Positions 24,428 to 37,514 of a stretch of DNA of 64,000 bases are shown here, piece after piece; position 1 is the first letter of the stretch, and the number at the start of each line of letters is the position of its first letter. The stretch covers positions 3,162,001 through 3,226,000 of the forward strand of contig NW_026948187.1 of the NCBI RefSeq assembly GCF_963921235.1, written 5' to 3'. This stretch comes from Mobula hypostoma. Taxonomy: Eukaryota. Made by a program: the position numbers and the translations under genes. Below the pieces are notes generated by a model. It worked only from the letters and a program-made list of their open reading frames with translations. It ran no database searches and had not been told where the DNA came from.

Positions 24428-27400
24428 AGGAAAAATATGTTCCCAACAATGTGCCACGGGGCCCTCGAGAGGAAAAGACCCTATCCCAGAAGTATTGGTG
24501 GGACCCCGAGAGAGGGGACAGATGCAAAAGCCATACTGGACACGGGGTCGCAGGTCACATTACTGTACCAGTCATTGTACGATCAGTATCTGGCGCATTT
24601 ACCCCTGACACCTTTCAGTGCACTGGAAATTTGGGGTATCAGTAATGGTGATTACCCATACAATAGCTATTTGTCCGTGAAACTGGAGTTCCTGGAAGCT
24701 GAGGTGGGGGTGTCTGAAGCACATGAGGCCCTGGTACTGGTTTACCCTGACACTGGTGAGACTGGGAGTGTGTCCATTCTGGTGGGGATCAACACCCCTA
24801 TTGTGCAGAGACTCTTCGGAGCCTGTAAGGAAAAGCCGAGAAAGACATTGGAGGCCCTGTCAGTGCACCCAGTGTTCTGAGCTGCTTTTGAGGAAGCGTG
24901 GGGTCGCCCGGGGCTGGACGCGGCGTGTGAACGAGTCACTGTGTGGTGTGCCCAGTCGAAGCCCAGGGTGGTACGGCCCGGTGAAGTAGCAAGGTGATGG
25001 GGATCCCTAGATTCCCGGGAGTGCCTGAGGGTGAAGCACTTTTAGTGCACACCTCGGAAGACCTTGAGGGGGCGTCGAGATTCCCTGCTGGGGTGCCGGT
25101 GAGACCCGAGTTGCAGAAGACCTCGGTGATACAGGCACGCAGGCCGGTGGTGATCGCCAGGAACACTACGAAACCAGGAGGTCACCTTTAAGCAAGGAAT
25201 GCCTCTGGCACATTTGTTCCTGGAGACGGTTATGCATAGCGCCACCGTGAGGCCAGTTGGGAAGAGCTGTCGGGAAAACGGCCTAAGGTGACAGCTGAAG
25301 CTTTTAACTTTGAGGCATCCCCTGTGCCGGAGGGTTGGAAGCGGAGGCTGGTGGAGAAGATGTTGACGATGACAGATATTTTTTCCATTAACGAATTTAA
25401 TGTGGGTTGTTCCAGGAGCACTCGCCACACCATATGGGTGACTGAGGATACTCTGTTTAGTGAAAGATCACAGAGACTGGCCCCTGCAGATGTGGAAGAC
25501 GTGCGGCAGCATTTGTGTAAATTGAAGGAGGCTGGGATCATCACAGAGTCCCGAAGCCCTTATGCGTCTCCTATCGTAGTGGCCTGGAAGAAGAATGGGA
25601 AGGTTCGTATGTGTGTGGACTATAGAACACTGAAGAGGTGCACGGACCCTGATCAGTACACAGTTCCCCGGGTCGAAGACGTGCTGGCCTGTCTGAGTGG
25701 GGCGAAGTGGTTTGGCGTGTTGGATTTGAGGAGTGGATATTACCAGATCCTGATGAGTAAGACCGATAAGGAGAAGACGGCCTTCATTTGCCCTCTGGGA
25801 TTTTACCAGTTCGGAAGGATGCCCCATGGCATATCGGTGGCCCTTGCCACTTTCCATAGGGTCATGGAGAAGACAGTGGGGGATATGAACCTGCTCGAAG
25901 TGCTCGTTTATTTGGATGACCTCATAGTATTTGGATCCACCTTGGAAGAACACGAAGTGAGACTAATGAAGGTGCTCGGCCGTCTGAAGCAGGAAGGGTT
26001 AAAACTTTCCCTGGACAAGTGTCAGTTCTGCCAGACGTCGGTTGGCTATGTTGGGCACATAGTCTAGCGAATGGAGTAGTTACAGACCCGGCTAAGATAG
26101 AAGCCGTGACCATGTGGCCGAGGTCCCAGACCGTGAGCGCTCTGCGCTCGTTCCTGGGGTTCTGTGGGTGCTACCGGAGATTCGTGAAAGGTTACGCCGG
26201 GGTGAGTCATCCCTTGAACCAGTTTCTGCGTGGCTACCCTCCCCTGGGACAGAGGGGGGAGGGGAGGAAAGGACAGGAGGATGGAGAATATTTGAACCCA
26301 TCAGAGCCCTCCGGACAGAGATGGGATGACAAATGTGAAACGGCTTTCCAGTCACTGAAGGAGATGCTGACTCAAGCGCCGGTATTGGCTTTTGCGGACC
26401 CCCGATTGCCCGACGTGCTACACACCGATGCCTGCCATGAGGGCTTGGAGGCCGTCTTGTATCAGGATCAGGGCGCTGGCCTGAGGCCTGTGGCGATTGT
26501 CAGCTGGAGTTTGTTGCCATCGGAGAGAAACTATCCCCCTCCCACAAGTTGGAGTTTCTGGCGTTGAAATGGGTGGTGGTGGATAAGCTGAGTGACTATC
26601 TCTACGGGGCCAAGTTTGAGGTGCGGACAGACAACAACCCGCTCACCTACATCCTGACCTCGGCGAAACTGGATGTCACAGGCCATCGGTGGTTGGCAGC
26701 CTTGTCTGTAAATGATTTCAACCTGAAGTACCGCCCCGGGAGCCGGAATATCGATACGGATGCTCTGTCCCGACGGGGGCATGAGGAACTGAGGAGGACG
26801 AGGAGAGGGAGAGTCTTCCTGCATCCGGGGTGAAGGCGATGTGCCAGTCTGCTGTCACCGTGCAGGTTGAGGAGAAGGAGAGGCCAGAACGAGAAGTGGA
26901 TTCATTCGGGGCATCCGATGCTGCCTTGCCCCTAGTTTACTGTGATCTGACTGTTCTGAAGACACGCAGCTGCCGGAGTTAAGCCCTGGGGAAGTGGCTG
27001 CCGCTCAGGGAGATCACACAGGCATTTGCCGTGTCTGGCACGTCGTGAAAGAGGGGGATGTGACAGGCGGAGAAGGCTAAATACGTTTCAGTGTGTCTGC
27101 TACTGAGAGAATGGCGTCGGTTGAGGTTGAAGAACCAGATGTTATAACGGGGAACGTCACCCCCGGACCGACCGCGCTGTTGGCAGCTGGTCCTGCCTGA
27201 GAAGTATCGGAAGGTTGTGTTGAAGTCTCTCCATGATGACTCCCGACATTTGGGTGTGGAAAAGACCTATGGATTGCTCAAGGATCGGTTTTATTGGCCC
27301 CGAATGAGGTCGGAGGTTGAAGAGTACTGCAAGTCCTTCATTCGTTGCATAAGACGGAAGACGCTGCCCGGGCAGGCTGCCCCTTTGTCCCACTAGCAGA

Positions 27401-28834
27401 GTGCGGGGCCTTTGGACCTGGTGTGTATGGATTTCCTGTCCATAGAACCCGATGCCAACACACGGCAAATGTCTTGGTCATCACGGACCCCTACACCAGG
27501 TATGCCCAAGCTTTCCCTACCAAGGATCAGAGGGCGACTACCATGGCGAAAGTGCTATGGGAGAAGTATTTTGTGCATTCTGGTCTTCCTCGGTGGATCC
27601 ATAGTGACCAGGGACGGGACTTTGAGAGCAAACTCATCTATGAGTTGCTGGGCATGCTGGGGGGTTGAGAAATCGAGGACCACGCCCAATCATCCGCAGG
27701 GCGATCCCCAGCCGGGAAGGTTCAATCGGACGCTACTAGACATGCTCGGGACTCTGGAGATCAGCAAAAAGAATTGTTGGAGTCGACATATTAGGCATCT
27801 TGTTCACTGTTACAACTGCACACGCAATGAAGCTACTGGTTACCCGCCCTATAATGTCGTGTTTGGGCGCGAGGCGAGGTTGCCCATTGACCTCTGTTTC
27901 AGGACTGATGCGGGTGAGGTGTCGCCGAAGCCTTACTTGAAGTATGTGTCTGATATGAGGCAAGAACCGAAAACAGCTGGCCGGGGAGGCAGCCGCCCGA
28001 CAGAATCAGGGAAATAAGAGGAGGTACGACCAGAAAGTAAAGTTCACTCAATTCCTGCCTGGAGACAGAGTTCTCATCAGGAATCTGGCATTACCGGGAA
28101 AACACAAACTGGCTGATCGCTGGGCAGCCACGCCCTATGTGGTGGAGAGTTAAATGCCAAACCTGCTGGTTTTCCGGGTATGGCCCGAGGATGGAAAGGG
28201 GCCTGTCAGGATTCTCCATCGGAATCACCTGTTGCCGCTGGGGCAAGATGTGCAGGTAGAGCGGGAGCCTGAAGAGGTGGCTGCACCCCATGCCAGGACT
28301 CTGCGTCCCCGCAGGGTGGAGGACGTGCCCACCCCTGGAGAGACGGGCCCAGGCCCAGCCCCTGTGAGGGATACTGATTCGGAAGATGATGACTGGGATG
28401 GTTGGTCCATTCTGACGTTCGCTGATGCTCCCGGCACTGAGGAAGAGACTCCCGGCCTTTCCCCCACTGGGTTAGCAGGGGCTAGTGAGGGACAGTCCGT
28501 GGTGCCGCAGGGCGCTGAAGGAGTGGATGTAGGGCCTGAAACAGAGATAGAGGGTTCCGAGGTGCAGAAGGGCTTGGGGCACCGCTCGGGGGAGGATTTG
28601 CCTCGTAGTTTCAAAGGGTCCCCTGTAGTGTCCGAGGCAGAAAGGGTAGGTGAGGGGATGCGTAGGCCTCAGAGGAGTCGGAAACCCCCAGAGAGATTGG
28701 CCTACATGATACCCGGGGAACAAGGTCTGATCTCCACTGTGTTGGGGAGTCATATCACTGCTTTCTGCACGTGGATTGGGCTGTGCGTTCTGCGGGAAGG
28801 GATGGCGAATTATCTGAGTATCATGAGGGCATGA
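24383..28834 (+). pseudogene. Pol (PR-RT-RNase H-IN), fragmented
   Basis: ORF pieces 24335-24880, 25288-26067, 26019-26567, 26549-26833, 27345-28017 and 28154-28834 carry the successive motifs. Confidence 0.92.
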
Positions 28835-28859
28835 CTTATTTCGGTGGGGCGGGGTGGAA

Positions 28860-29698
28860 TGTTGGGCTCTCAATATGCTAGGTGAATGCACTGCCTCTAC
28901 AATCTCTCAGCACCAATCTCAAACTTGCCATCAAAGTGCTGCTGTTGTAGAGTAACACATCTTCATGCTGCACCTTGAAGAAACATAGAAACATAGAAAA
29001 TAGGTGCAGGAGTAGGCCATTCGGCCCTTCGAGCCTGCACTGCTATTTATTATGATCATGGCTGATCATCCAACTCAGAACCCTGCACTAGCCTTCCCTC
29101 CATACCCCCTGATCCCCGTAGCCACAAGGGCCATATCTAACTCCCTCTTAAATATAGCCAATGAACTGGCCTCAACAGTTCCCTGTGGCAGAGAATTCCA
29201 CAGATTCACCACTCTATGTGTGAAGAAACTATATTCATTTGTTAGCCAATGGAAGTCCTGTTCTGTTATCTTGTATATGTGTGCTGAGTTCAGGAGCGCA
29301 GGCATTTTCGCGAGGCGAGCGGAGAGGACGGACGTGCGGGGAACGGACAGCGGTTCCAGGGCGGTAGATACCGGACCTCGGGGGTTCGGATGGTGGCTGG
29401 ATTCTTGGAAGGACGTTGTGGATGGAATCAGAGGCGTGAGCTCCAACGTATTAATATATTATGTGCACAAGACTGATAAGTTACTTATGTGGCGCCTTTT
29501 CTTTTAGTTGTTGCTACACCAAAATTTACTATAAAGTATAATTCTTTACCCGCACTTTGTATATTGTTTCATATTTGTGTCACGGCTGATATTTGCGTGC
29601 CTCACACCTTATGCGTGCTAAAGCATTTGGACTGTTTGGCGGGGTTGACGGCTATTCACCCTAGGCAATGGGGGTCAGTTGGAGTAAAAGCCGTTACA
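28860..29698 (+). repeat. Gypsy 3' LTR, interrupted by foreign DNA and a CR1 3' end
   Basis: Follows the purine-rich tract ggtggggcggggtggaa; begins TGTTG, ends CCGTTACA. Confidence 0.8.
28980..29228 (-). mobile_element. Young CR1 3' end, about 250 bp
   Basis: (GAAACATA)n plus sequence near-identical to 18256-18500. Confidence 0.92.
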
Positions 29699-30629
29699 AT
29701 TAAATAGTAAATATAGCCCTGGAAACAGAGTATAGAGATTTTTCTTTTTTTTTTGATTCACAAATATTGACCGATTGCAAGATGTTTGTGACATTCTAAA
29801 AAGATTTGTATAAATACAATCCCAACATTTATTAGTCATCTCTCCATTCCAGCACAGACATCATATATTCCATACAGTAAATGTTCAAAACATCCTCGAA
29901 TCTACACTGGATCCTGAGGCCACTGCCTCTCCGCTAAGGGGTTATGACTACAGAGTGATACAAATCTTCAAAGCTCCTTGAAGTTCTGGAGGGCTGTTTC
30001 CCTGGTGACTGAGGAAGAGGCCCACCAGAACTAAACCAAAAAGGAAGTAACATTCTCAACCTCACATGCTCTGTGTTTCCTTATGATCACAATGAATACT
30101 GAACACTCAGACATTTTGTAATGGTGAAACTAAAATACCAGTTGCTGTTTTAACCCTGCCGATGTGCATCCAGTAAATCTGCTGGTAGTTCCAGCTCTAC
30201 AGTGCAAAATAAAACACATAGTTGAATACGATCAGTCTGCCTCAAACACCGGTAATCTGTTCTTTGCAAAAAGCATTATATTGTTATGATATTCATGTGG
30301 TTTCCGTCTTTGCTTAGTTAAGCGATTACAATTTCTATCAAATTTCTATACCTTCGAATAACGTAAAACTAAATTTCTCAATGTAATTAAGTTTGGCCCC
30401 AGCTCCTGCATAGAATGATGGAGGACAAGGTTTTTCGATACAGCTGAATAGATTGTGAGGTTTGGCTCTCAGTTCCTAGACACCACGACTGATGAAAGCA
30501 TCTTCACCCGTCCACTCTAACGGGGCACCTATATTTGGTAGGTTTCATTGAGGTTCCCACTCCGAGCGCCCCCATCCCTCCTTTGAGAACAGGCCCAGAA
30601 TCAGTAAATGTATCACGTAGATAAAGCTT

Positions 30630-31025
30630 TTTATTCCAAAAATCTTTATTGTAAACTTTGAAAACAACTACTGGGATGAGAACATTTCCACCAATAACAG
30701 ACTATTTGGTGTCAGGATAAATAAAATGGAAAACCTGTTGTTTCCTTACTGCCCCAATAACTGGTCCAAATAACTTCTGAACATTAGAGTGCTCAACTCT
30801 GCAAGGTGCCAAAAGAGTTGGGGGAGATCTTCAATGATTTCTCCGTGTCTACATGTGCTTAGGAGACAGATATAGAGACGATAGAAATGAAGAAATGTTC
30901 GGCTAGTCACCGAATGTATACAGTTTACAGAACAGGCGCTTGCTCTCTTGAGGTGAATTTGGATGGATAAATCTCCAGGGCCTGACAACGTGTTTCCTCT
31001 GAGCATTCGGGAGGCTAGTGAAACA
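30630..31025 (+). mobile_element. Old CR1 ORF2 fragment
   Basis: MDKSPGPDNVFPLSIREAS motif. Confidence 0.55.
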
Positions 31026-31096
31026 CTCAGTTTAGATTCATTTTCCTACAGCACAGAAACAGGTCTTTCAGCCCATCTGTCTAATTCCCTGCAATG

Positions 31097-31533
31097 TGTC
31101 ATGGTCCCTTCTGGCAATCCCCCACCTTGCTATTTACCACAGGAATTGGGCCTCAATCTCCTCATTTAATTTCCAATCATTCCCAGGTTCCACTAACTAC
31201 ACACACCTGCTCCCATCAGAAACTGCAGGATAAAGACCCCGTGATCACAATAAGGAGCTGCCAGTTCGTTGGTCGACTCGTTCCATCCTTCTAAGGACTA
31301 TCAGTTCTAAGTCCAGCATCGTTCCTGGAATCGCAACGAAAACCAAGACTCCCGCTAAAGACTCTCTTGGACACCAATTCCAAGCTCGCTACGACCGTAA
31401 CGCCTCCCGACTCGGCCTCAGCAGCTGGGCTCGTTTCCACCTCCATGTCCTTGCACCAGAAACAAATGAAATTTTCTTTGAATGAAACTCCCACCTGCTT
31501 CCAGATATGCTTTCCGGTCCACGTGGGTCAGCA
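31097..31533 (+). mobile_element. Possible degenerate solo LTR
   Basis: Starts TGTCATGG; internal cacacctg...gataaagaccc layout typical of LTRs; no convincing TSD or right end. Confidence 0.35.
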
Positions 31534-31918
31534 TTCAGTATCTCCTTTTATTATCAAACTTATCCTTGTTAGACATTGACGTCTGTCTCCAGTCTCTGAC
31601 GTCACAATGCAAGCCATAGAAAGACGGGACCTCAATCATCGGTCGGCAATGACCCATCCAGCAAGAGAAAGCTCAGGGATTTGAACAATTAGTTTTATAA
31701 GGTAACCGGAATTAAAAGGATAAATCAAACGACAGCTACCATGAACGTACGGGAGTTTTGCATCGAAAATTGCGGTAGCTTCCTATACCAGTAGCAGTGA
31801 GGAATATTTCAAAATCCGTGAACCCCCGGTATTGTAAATCACAGGAAATCTTCTCTGCATATTCAGAGCAGAGGTACATTGACAGCGGTCACTGCGGATG
31901 GGGACTTACCAGCCTAGA

Positions 31919-33708
31919 TCATGAGTGCTGTTTGGAATTTGTTGTTTTCATTGGATCTACAGTCCGGTGCTGGTCGCTGATTGCAAATCCAAGCGTGGAG
32001 TCTTTTCGATTGTAGCACTGATTTTTGCTAATGGAAGATGAATCCAACATATTACAGAGGCCTCTGTACTCCGCACAACAGCTGGTTTTCGTAATGAACA
32101 CAAACACTGATCTGCCGTTGTTTTTCACTTGCTCCCTGAATCTGGACTGAGTCGCCACATAAATAAATGTGTTTGTGCAGCAGCTTAAAGATCTCAGCAA
32201 AAATCCAACTTTATAAAATATATATTCAGAATCATTCCATTCGCCTCCTGTTCCTGTTATCTGATAATAGAGGAACTGTGAAAAAGTTGTCAGCCACAGG
32301 GTGATGAAGCTTCCGGAGAGGGTGAGAAGTAAGATCACAGACCTCCTCCTTCTCTCCATCTCCGGGTCACTGCGGTTCTCCGCCTTGCTCTGACCCCTCA
32401 GCCCCTTACGGACGCGACTAGTCACTGAAATGTGTCTGACTGTCAGAGCGTTGAACAGCAGAATCACTGCGAAAGGCAGCAATGAAGTTAGTACCGTGTC
32501 AAACCAGTCAGATCCCTTCCACCCCGGATCAGTGAAGTAACTTAGTTTTATAACATTGAACCACGGTACGTTGTTAATGATTTCTCGCGGTTCAAGCCGG
32601 AAGTGGAAGGGAATGTTTTTCAAATAGAACAACACGGCAGTTGCTGCCAGAACCGCGGCCGCTGTTTTCCCGGTGCAATACTTTGCTTTCAGCTTATGGC
32701 AATAAAGGGAGACAAAGCGATCCAATGTGAAAGTGACAGTGAACCCGACAGAACAGTCTACGGCGACACGGGTCAAGACAACTCTCGCACTCTCCACGGG
32801 AGTAATGTTCAGGACACTCACTGGGAAATAATAAATGCTGATCCGAGACAAAATTACCTCAAAGATAACGACCATCAGATCTGCCGTTGCCATGGCCACC
32901 AAATAGCGAGTGGTGCAAGTGGCCAGACCGCACTTCCTCTGTGACAGGATTGTAATCGACAATATACTCACTAGAAAAACAGAAGTGAGAGGCATTATGG
33001 ATTACAATACATACTTTCAAGAAGTAAAGCCATTGATATATTTAATCAACGAAAACAAACAAAAACTTTGCCCCGGAAGAGTCGATACAGTTTGAGATAA
33101 ATACCTATATCTCTGGATACCGACAATTCAAGTTCTGGGGAATATGGAGGGAGAAAGCGTGTAACCAAAGCAACTGGACACCTTTTACAGCAAGAAGACC
33201 TTGAGAGGGAAGACAAAGTTGTTCAGAAGAAAACACTTTCATTACATGATTACTGTCGCACTGAATACATTTCTGTTTTCATGTGAACTCTATTAGGTGT
33301 CCGTCAAATGAACTGAACAACGTGAACCGTCTCAGTAAAGCCTTCCGATCACTTATCTTTCCTGAGCTGGAGTACGCCAGTGTCGAAAGCGTCAGTGAAG
33401 GGGCTGCTTCGACTTTCAGGTTTACGGTACGTTTAATGCAGTGCTTTGATTCCTGTGACTGAAAGTAATATATAAACAGTGATGGTAACAGTGTGATTGA
33501 ACGAAGTGATATCACCGCACGTGGCTTTGGAAGCTCCTCGCCGATCTCGAAGCCTATCATTTTACAAACCAAACCAAACTCAGAGTAACCTGCACAAAGT
33601 CGGCTAACTCACGGAGTTCCGGTGTTCTTTCATTAGCTTACCAGGAGCGCCAATCAAGACAATGCTGATGTAAAATATTTTCTCCATATGGTAATACGCT
33701 TCAAGCAT
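31919..33708 (-). CDS. GPR139/GPR142-like class A GPCR #1, two exons (33708-33642, 32970-31919), about 372 aa, apparently intact
   Basis: Exon 1 MLEAYYHMEKIFYISIVLIGAP then G|gtaagc; acceptor tttttctag; phase-1 intron of 671 bp. Motifs MATADL, ITPV, TLDRFV, KLKAKYCT, DPEMERRRRS, TLWLT, SCCTNTFIY, SRFREQ. Atypical: N1.50 is Ser, the TM3 Cys is absent (ITPVES), and the C-tail is longer than in the paralogs. Confidence 0.85.
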
Positions 33709-33781
33709 TTTTTTTCTCGCAATTCTCTGGTCCGTTTTAGTTGTAGGACAGTCTCTCTGATTGAAGTTGTACGCCAATGCA

Positions 33782-33810
33782 ATTTATATCCTTTATGAAC
33801 TCCAGTGGGA
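33782..33810 (-). promoter_or_regulatory. Putative core promoter of GPCR #1 (O/E-like site plus TATA)
   Basis: Minus strand TCCCACTGGA, 12 nt, TATAAAT; the TATA starts 80 nt upstream of the ATG. Confidence 0.55.
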
Positions 33811-34299
33811 CAATCGTTCACGACTTCTACCATTGCATTCTAAAAATGTGAGCAAACAGATGACGCCATCTCAGTTAAATCCCGACGTGCCAGGTTATGT
33901 AAATCTCTGAGATCGAATCAGAAGCCCCAGAACGGTCAATCCTGTCATACCAATCGGTTAAATTGCAGGAAATTAATTGCAGTAAATGGGATACCCTTTC
34001 AAATGCCAACATCCCATCGCCATTTCTCATATTATTAGAATGGTATTTCTTCTCCCGATCATTAACAAACTCGTTTTAGCCACCGACATCAGTGCATGAA
34101 CTATATAGCAATGCTATAGTTGAGTCCAGCATTGTGTGTCTGCTTCTTTGATATCTGGCAGATGCAGCATGCCTTTTTTTATGGCTTGCTACTCCACTGT
34201 AAAGTCACTTCCAGGGATGTGTACACCGAAAAAAAGCTTAAATCTTCACAAACAAACAAAAAGAAAATCACTCCCCTTTTCCTCTGATCCGCACTCTGA

Positions 34300-34445
34300 C
34301 TTCTTTCTTGTTCTCATCTGTTTATCACCTCCTACGGGGCCCCCTTCTCCTTCCCTTTCTTCTAGGGGTCCATTCCCTTCTCCATTTAGATTCCTCCCTC
34401 TGCAGAGCTTTATTCTTGCTCACCAGGCTTCAGCTACCAGCTTCT
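34300..34445 (+). repeat. Penelope-like terminal-repeat fragment
   Basis: Pyrimidine-rich ccccttctccttccctttct...tagattcct...cagag.ttt...ggcttca tract, recalled as a chondrichthyan Penelope 3' region. Confidence 0.4.
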
Positions 34446-35699
34446 TGCAGAGATCACAGAGGTGGCATTGACACCAATTCATGGAACTCGTGAAAGTGTG
34501 CGTCCCAGGAGAATAGAAACCTGCAGACCAAGGCATTGGTAGATCTTAAAACTAACCGTGCAGAACCGCCTTCTATTAAGACCCAGGTATCTCCGAGACA
34601 TCCGCTTTCGGGTTTCGCTGCCACCAGTGTAACGATATTAGCTTTTTACGCCAAAGCTGGGCGACTGGATGCAGTTACATTTACAAATCGAAAGCTTACT
34701 CCAGTGGAATGAGATGTGTAACATCTGAACGTCTTAAGCGATGTTTTGGGTAGTTAATCATTTTACTTATGTTGTGGGTCTTAATCCAGTAATCATTTTA
34801 ACCGAGCATACTCCAATTCAGCTGGTTGGAGGTAGGAAGGGGGCAACTATCAGGCAAATTCGACAAGTCTGGCTGTAACGTCAGAGTTGAAAGAGTTAGA
34901 AGTGCAATAATGCTCGCTGACAATTTAACTTATCGTGGTGAACCTTCTGATTGTCCGGTGACTGTAGTATAACAAAGGAAAGGAACATTCATTCTCATTT
35001 AAAATTAAAATAAAATGAGGAATGTACAGTCATGCGAATGAAAAGTTCCTATTGATGTATCTTTACTGACGGATCGTTGTCAATTCACGACGAAGCATGG
35101 TTTACAGGATCTGTTATATACGGAGAGGGTAAGAGTGCATACAGAAATTGTTATGAGAAATCTGCCTAAATTAATGTGTACATAAGTGGCAGAACTTGCT
35201 TCGAAGGCTTTTATTGTTAACGACCCAGACGAATATCCTGCGGGGACGACATTACGCTCAGATAGTATGTGTGGTTGTAAGAGTTTGGCTGAATAATTTC
35301 TACCATGTAAAGCCAGATCTTACGTTTCAGACCAGAGTAAAACCTTACAAGTCAGCACCCCTGTTGCGATATATATTAGAGGAGGCGAAATAAAACTCAT
35401 TTGGAGTAAACAGTAAAAACAAAAAACTGAAGGTTACAGGAAAAAAAAACAACAACAACAACCCTTGGAGGGAACAGGAAGACGGAGCAAGTTGTGGGGC
35501 TGGGAGCAGGGGATGGTAGTGGGTGTAAATGGAATCTACAGATGTGCCACCACAAAACTGGAAACTTTATATGAATAAAGCTTAGTCAAAGGCTTCGTCA
35601 AGGTACAGCAATAATATCAGAAGTTAGCAAAGGTATGAGATGGGGAAGTCTAAGTAATATGGGAAAATTCGTGAGTACAGATATATAGAGGATTTTAAT

Positions 35700-37415
35700 T
35701 AATAATTGTGCATGTGTGTTGCCGGAAGGTGGAAGGAAACTAGGAAATGTTTCAAAAAAAAAAGGTAATAATAAAGATATAGAAGATTATAAGGCTAGCA
35801 GGAAGGAGCTTAAGAATTAAATCAGGAGAACCAGAATGGGTCATGAGAAGACCTTGGCGGGCAAGATTAAGAAAACCCCAAAGCATTCTACAAGTATGTG
35901 AAGAGCAAGAGGATATGACATGAGAGAATAGGGCCAATCAAGTGTGACACTGGAGAAGTGTGTATGGAAACGGAGGAGAGAGCAGAGTAATTAATGAATA
36001 CTTTGCTTCAGTATTCTACGGAAAATAATCTTGGCGATTGTAGGGATGACCTACAGCAGACTGAAAAGCTTGATCGTATAAATATTAAGAAAAACGATAT
36101 GTTGGAGCATTTGAAAAGCATTAAGTTGGTTAAGTCACCAAGACCGAACAAGATGTACCCTAGGCTACTGTGGGAAGCGAGGGAGGAAGCTTCTGAGCCT
36201 ATGGCGATGAACTTTCAATCACCAGTGAGGACGGGAGATTTTCCGGAGCATTGGACGGTTGAAGATGTTGTTCCTTTATTCAAGAAAGGGAGTAGCCATA
36301 GCTCAGGAAATTACAGACCAGTGAGTCTTTCTTCAGTGGTTGGTAAGTTGATGGAGAAGATCCTGAGAGGCAGGATTTATGAACATTTGGAGAGGCATAA
36401 TATGATTGGGAATAGTCAACATGGATTTGTCAAAGGCAGGCCGTGGCTTACGAGCCTGATTGATTTTTATTGACGATGTGAATAAATAGATTGATGAAGG
36501 TAGAGCATTAAATGTAGTGTATATATATTTCAGCAAGGCGTTTCTTAAGGTACACCATGGAAGGCATATTGAGAAAGTAAGGAGACATGGGAGGCAAGAG
36601 GACCTTGCTTTCTGGATTCAGAACTGGTTTTCCCACAAAAGACAAAGTGTAGTTGTAAATGGTTCATATTCAGCATGGAGGTCGGTGACCAGTGGTGTGC
36701 CTCAGGGATCTGTTCGTGGACCCCTTCTCTTCTTGATTTAAAAAATGATCTGAAAGAGGAAGTGGAGGGATGGGTGAGTAAATTTGCTGATGACACAATG
36801 CTTGAAGTTGTGGATAGTGTGGAAGATCGTCAAGGTTTAAACGGGACATCGATATGAAACAAAACTGGGCTGAAAAGAGGCAGATGGAGTTCAACCCAGA
36901 TAAGTGTGAGGTGTTTCATTTTGTTATGTCAACCATGATGGCAGAATACAGTATTAATGGTAAGACTTTGGTACTGTGGATGATCAGACGGATCTTCGGG
37001 TCAGGGTCCATAGGACACTCAAAGCTACTGCTCATGTTGACTCTGTGGTTAAGAAGGCATACCGTGCCTTGGCCTTCATCAGCTGTGGGATTGAGTTCAA
37101 GAACCGAGAGGTAATATTGCAGCTATATAGGGCCTTGGTCGGACCTCAGTTGGAGTACTGTGCTCAGTTCTGGTCACCTCATTACAGGAAGGATGTGAAA
37201 ATATAGAAACAGTGCCGAGCAGATTTACAAGGATATTGCCAGGATTGGTGAGCATGCGTTATGAGAATAGGTTGAGTGAACTTGGTCTTTTTTCCTTGGA
37301 GCCACGGAGTATGAGAGGTGACCTGTGCTATATTCTGCCATTGAGAGACATTGATCGTGTGGGTAGTCAGAGGCTTTTTTTTCCCCCAGCGCGGAAGTGA
37401 CTAACACAAGAGGGA
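35700..37415 (+). mobile_element. CR1 LINE ORF2, degenerate
   Basis: GNYRPVSLSSVVGKLME, GVPQGSV, SKFADDT, LEYCAQFWSP. Confidence 0.92.
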
Positions 37416-37514
37416 GCCACAGGTGAGAGCTGAGTGCCAGGTGGGGACCAAAGGTGGACTAACCAACTTAAAAAGGACGCGACATGTTCCTCCACCAGAG
37501 ATGCTGCCAATCCC

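Larger units (their letters stand above)
22399..29698 (+). mobile_element. Gypsy/Ty3 LTR retrotransposon with PNMA-like gag, degenerate, possibly chimeric
   Basis: LTR, PBS, gag, protease (AILDTGSQVT), RT (YLDD), RNase H (TDNNPL), integrase (CMDFL, IHSDQGRDFES, PQGDPQPGRFNRTL), PPT, LTR, in Gypsy order. Confidence 0.93.

Noticed and set aside
28154-28834. Possible env or extra ORF after integrase
   Set aside because: It is the acidic low-complexity C-terminal continuation of Pol after a stop; no signal peptide, furin site or convincing TM anchor.
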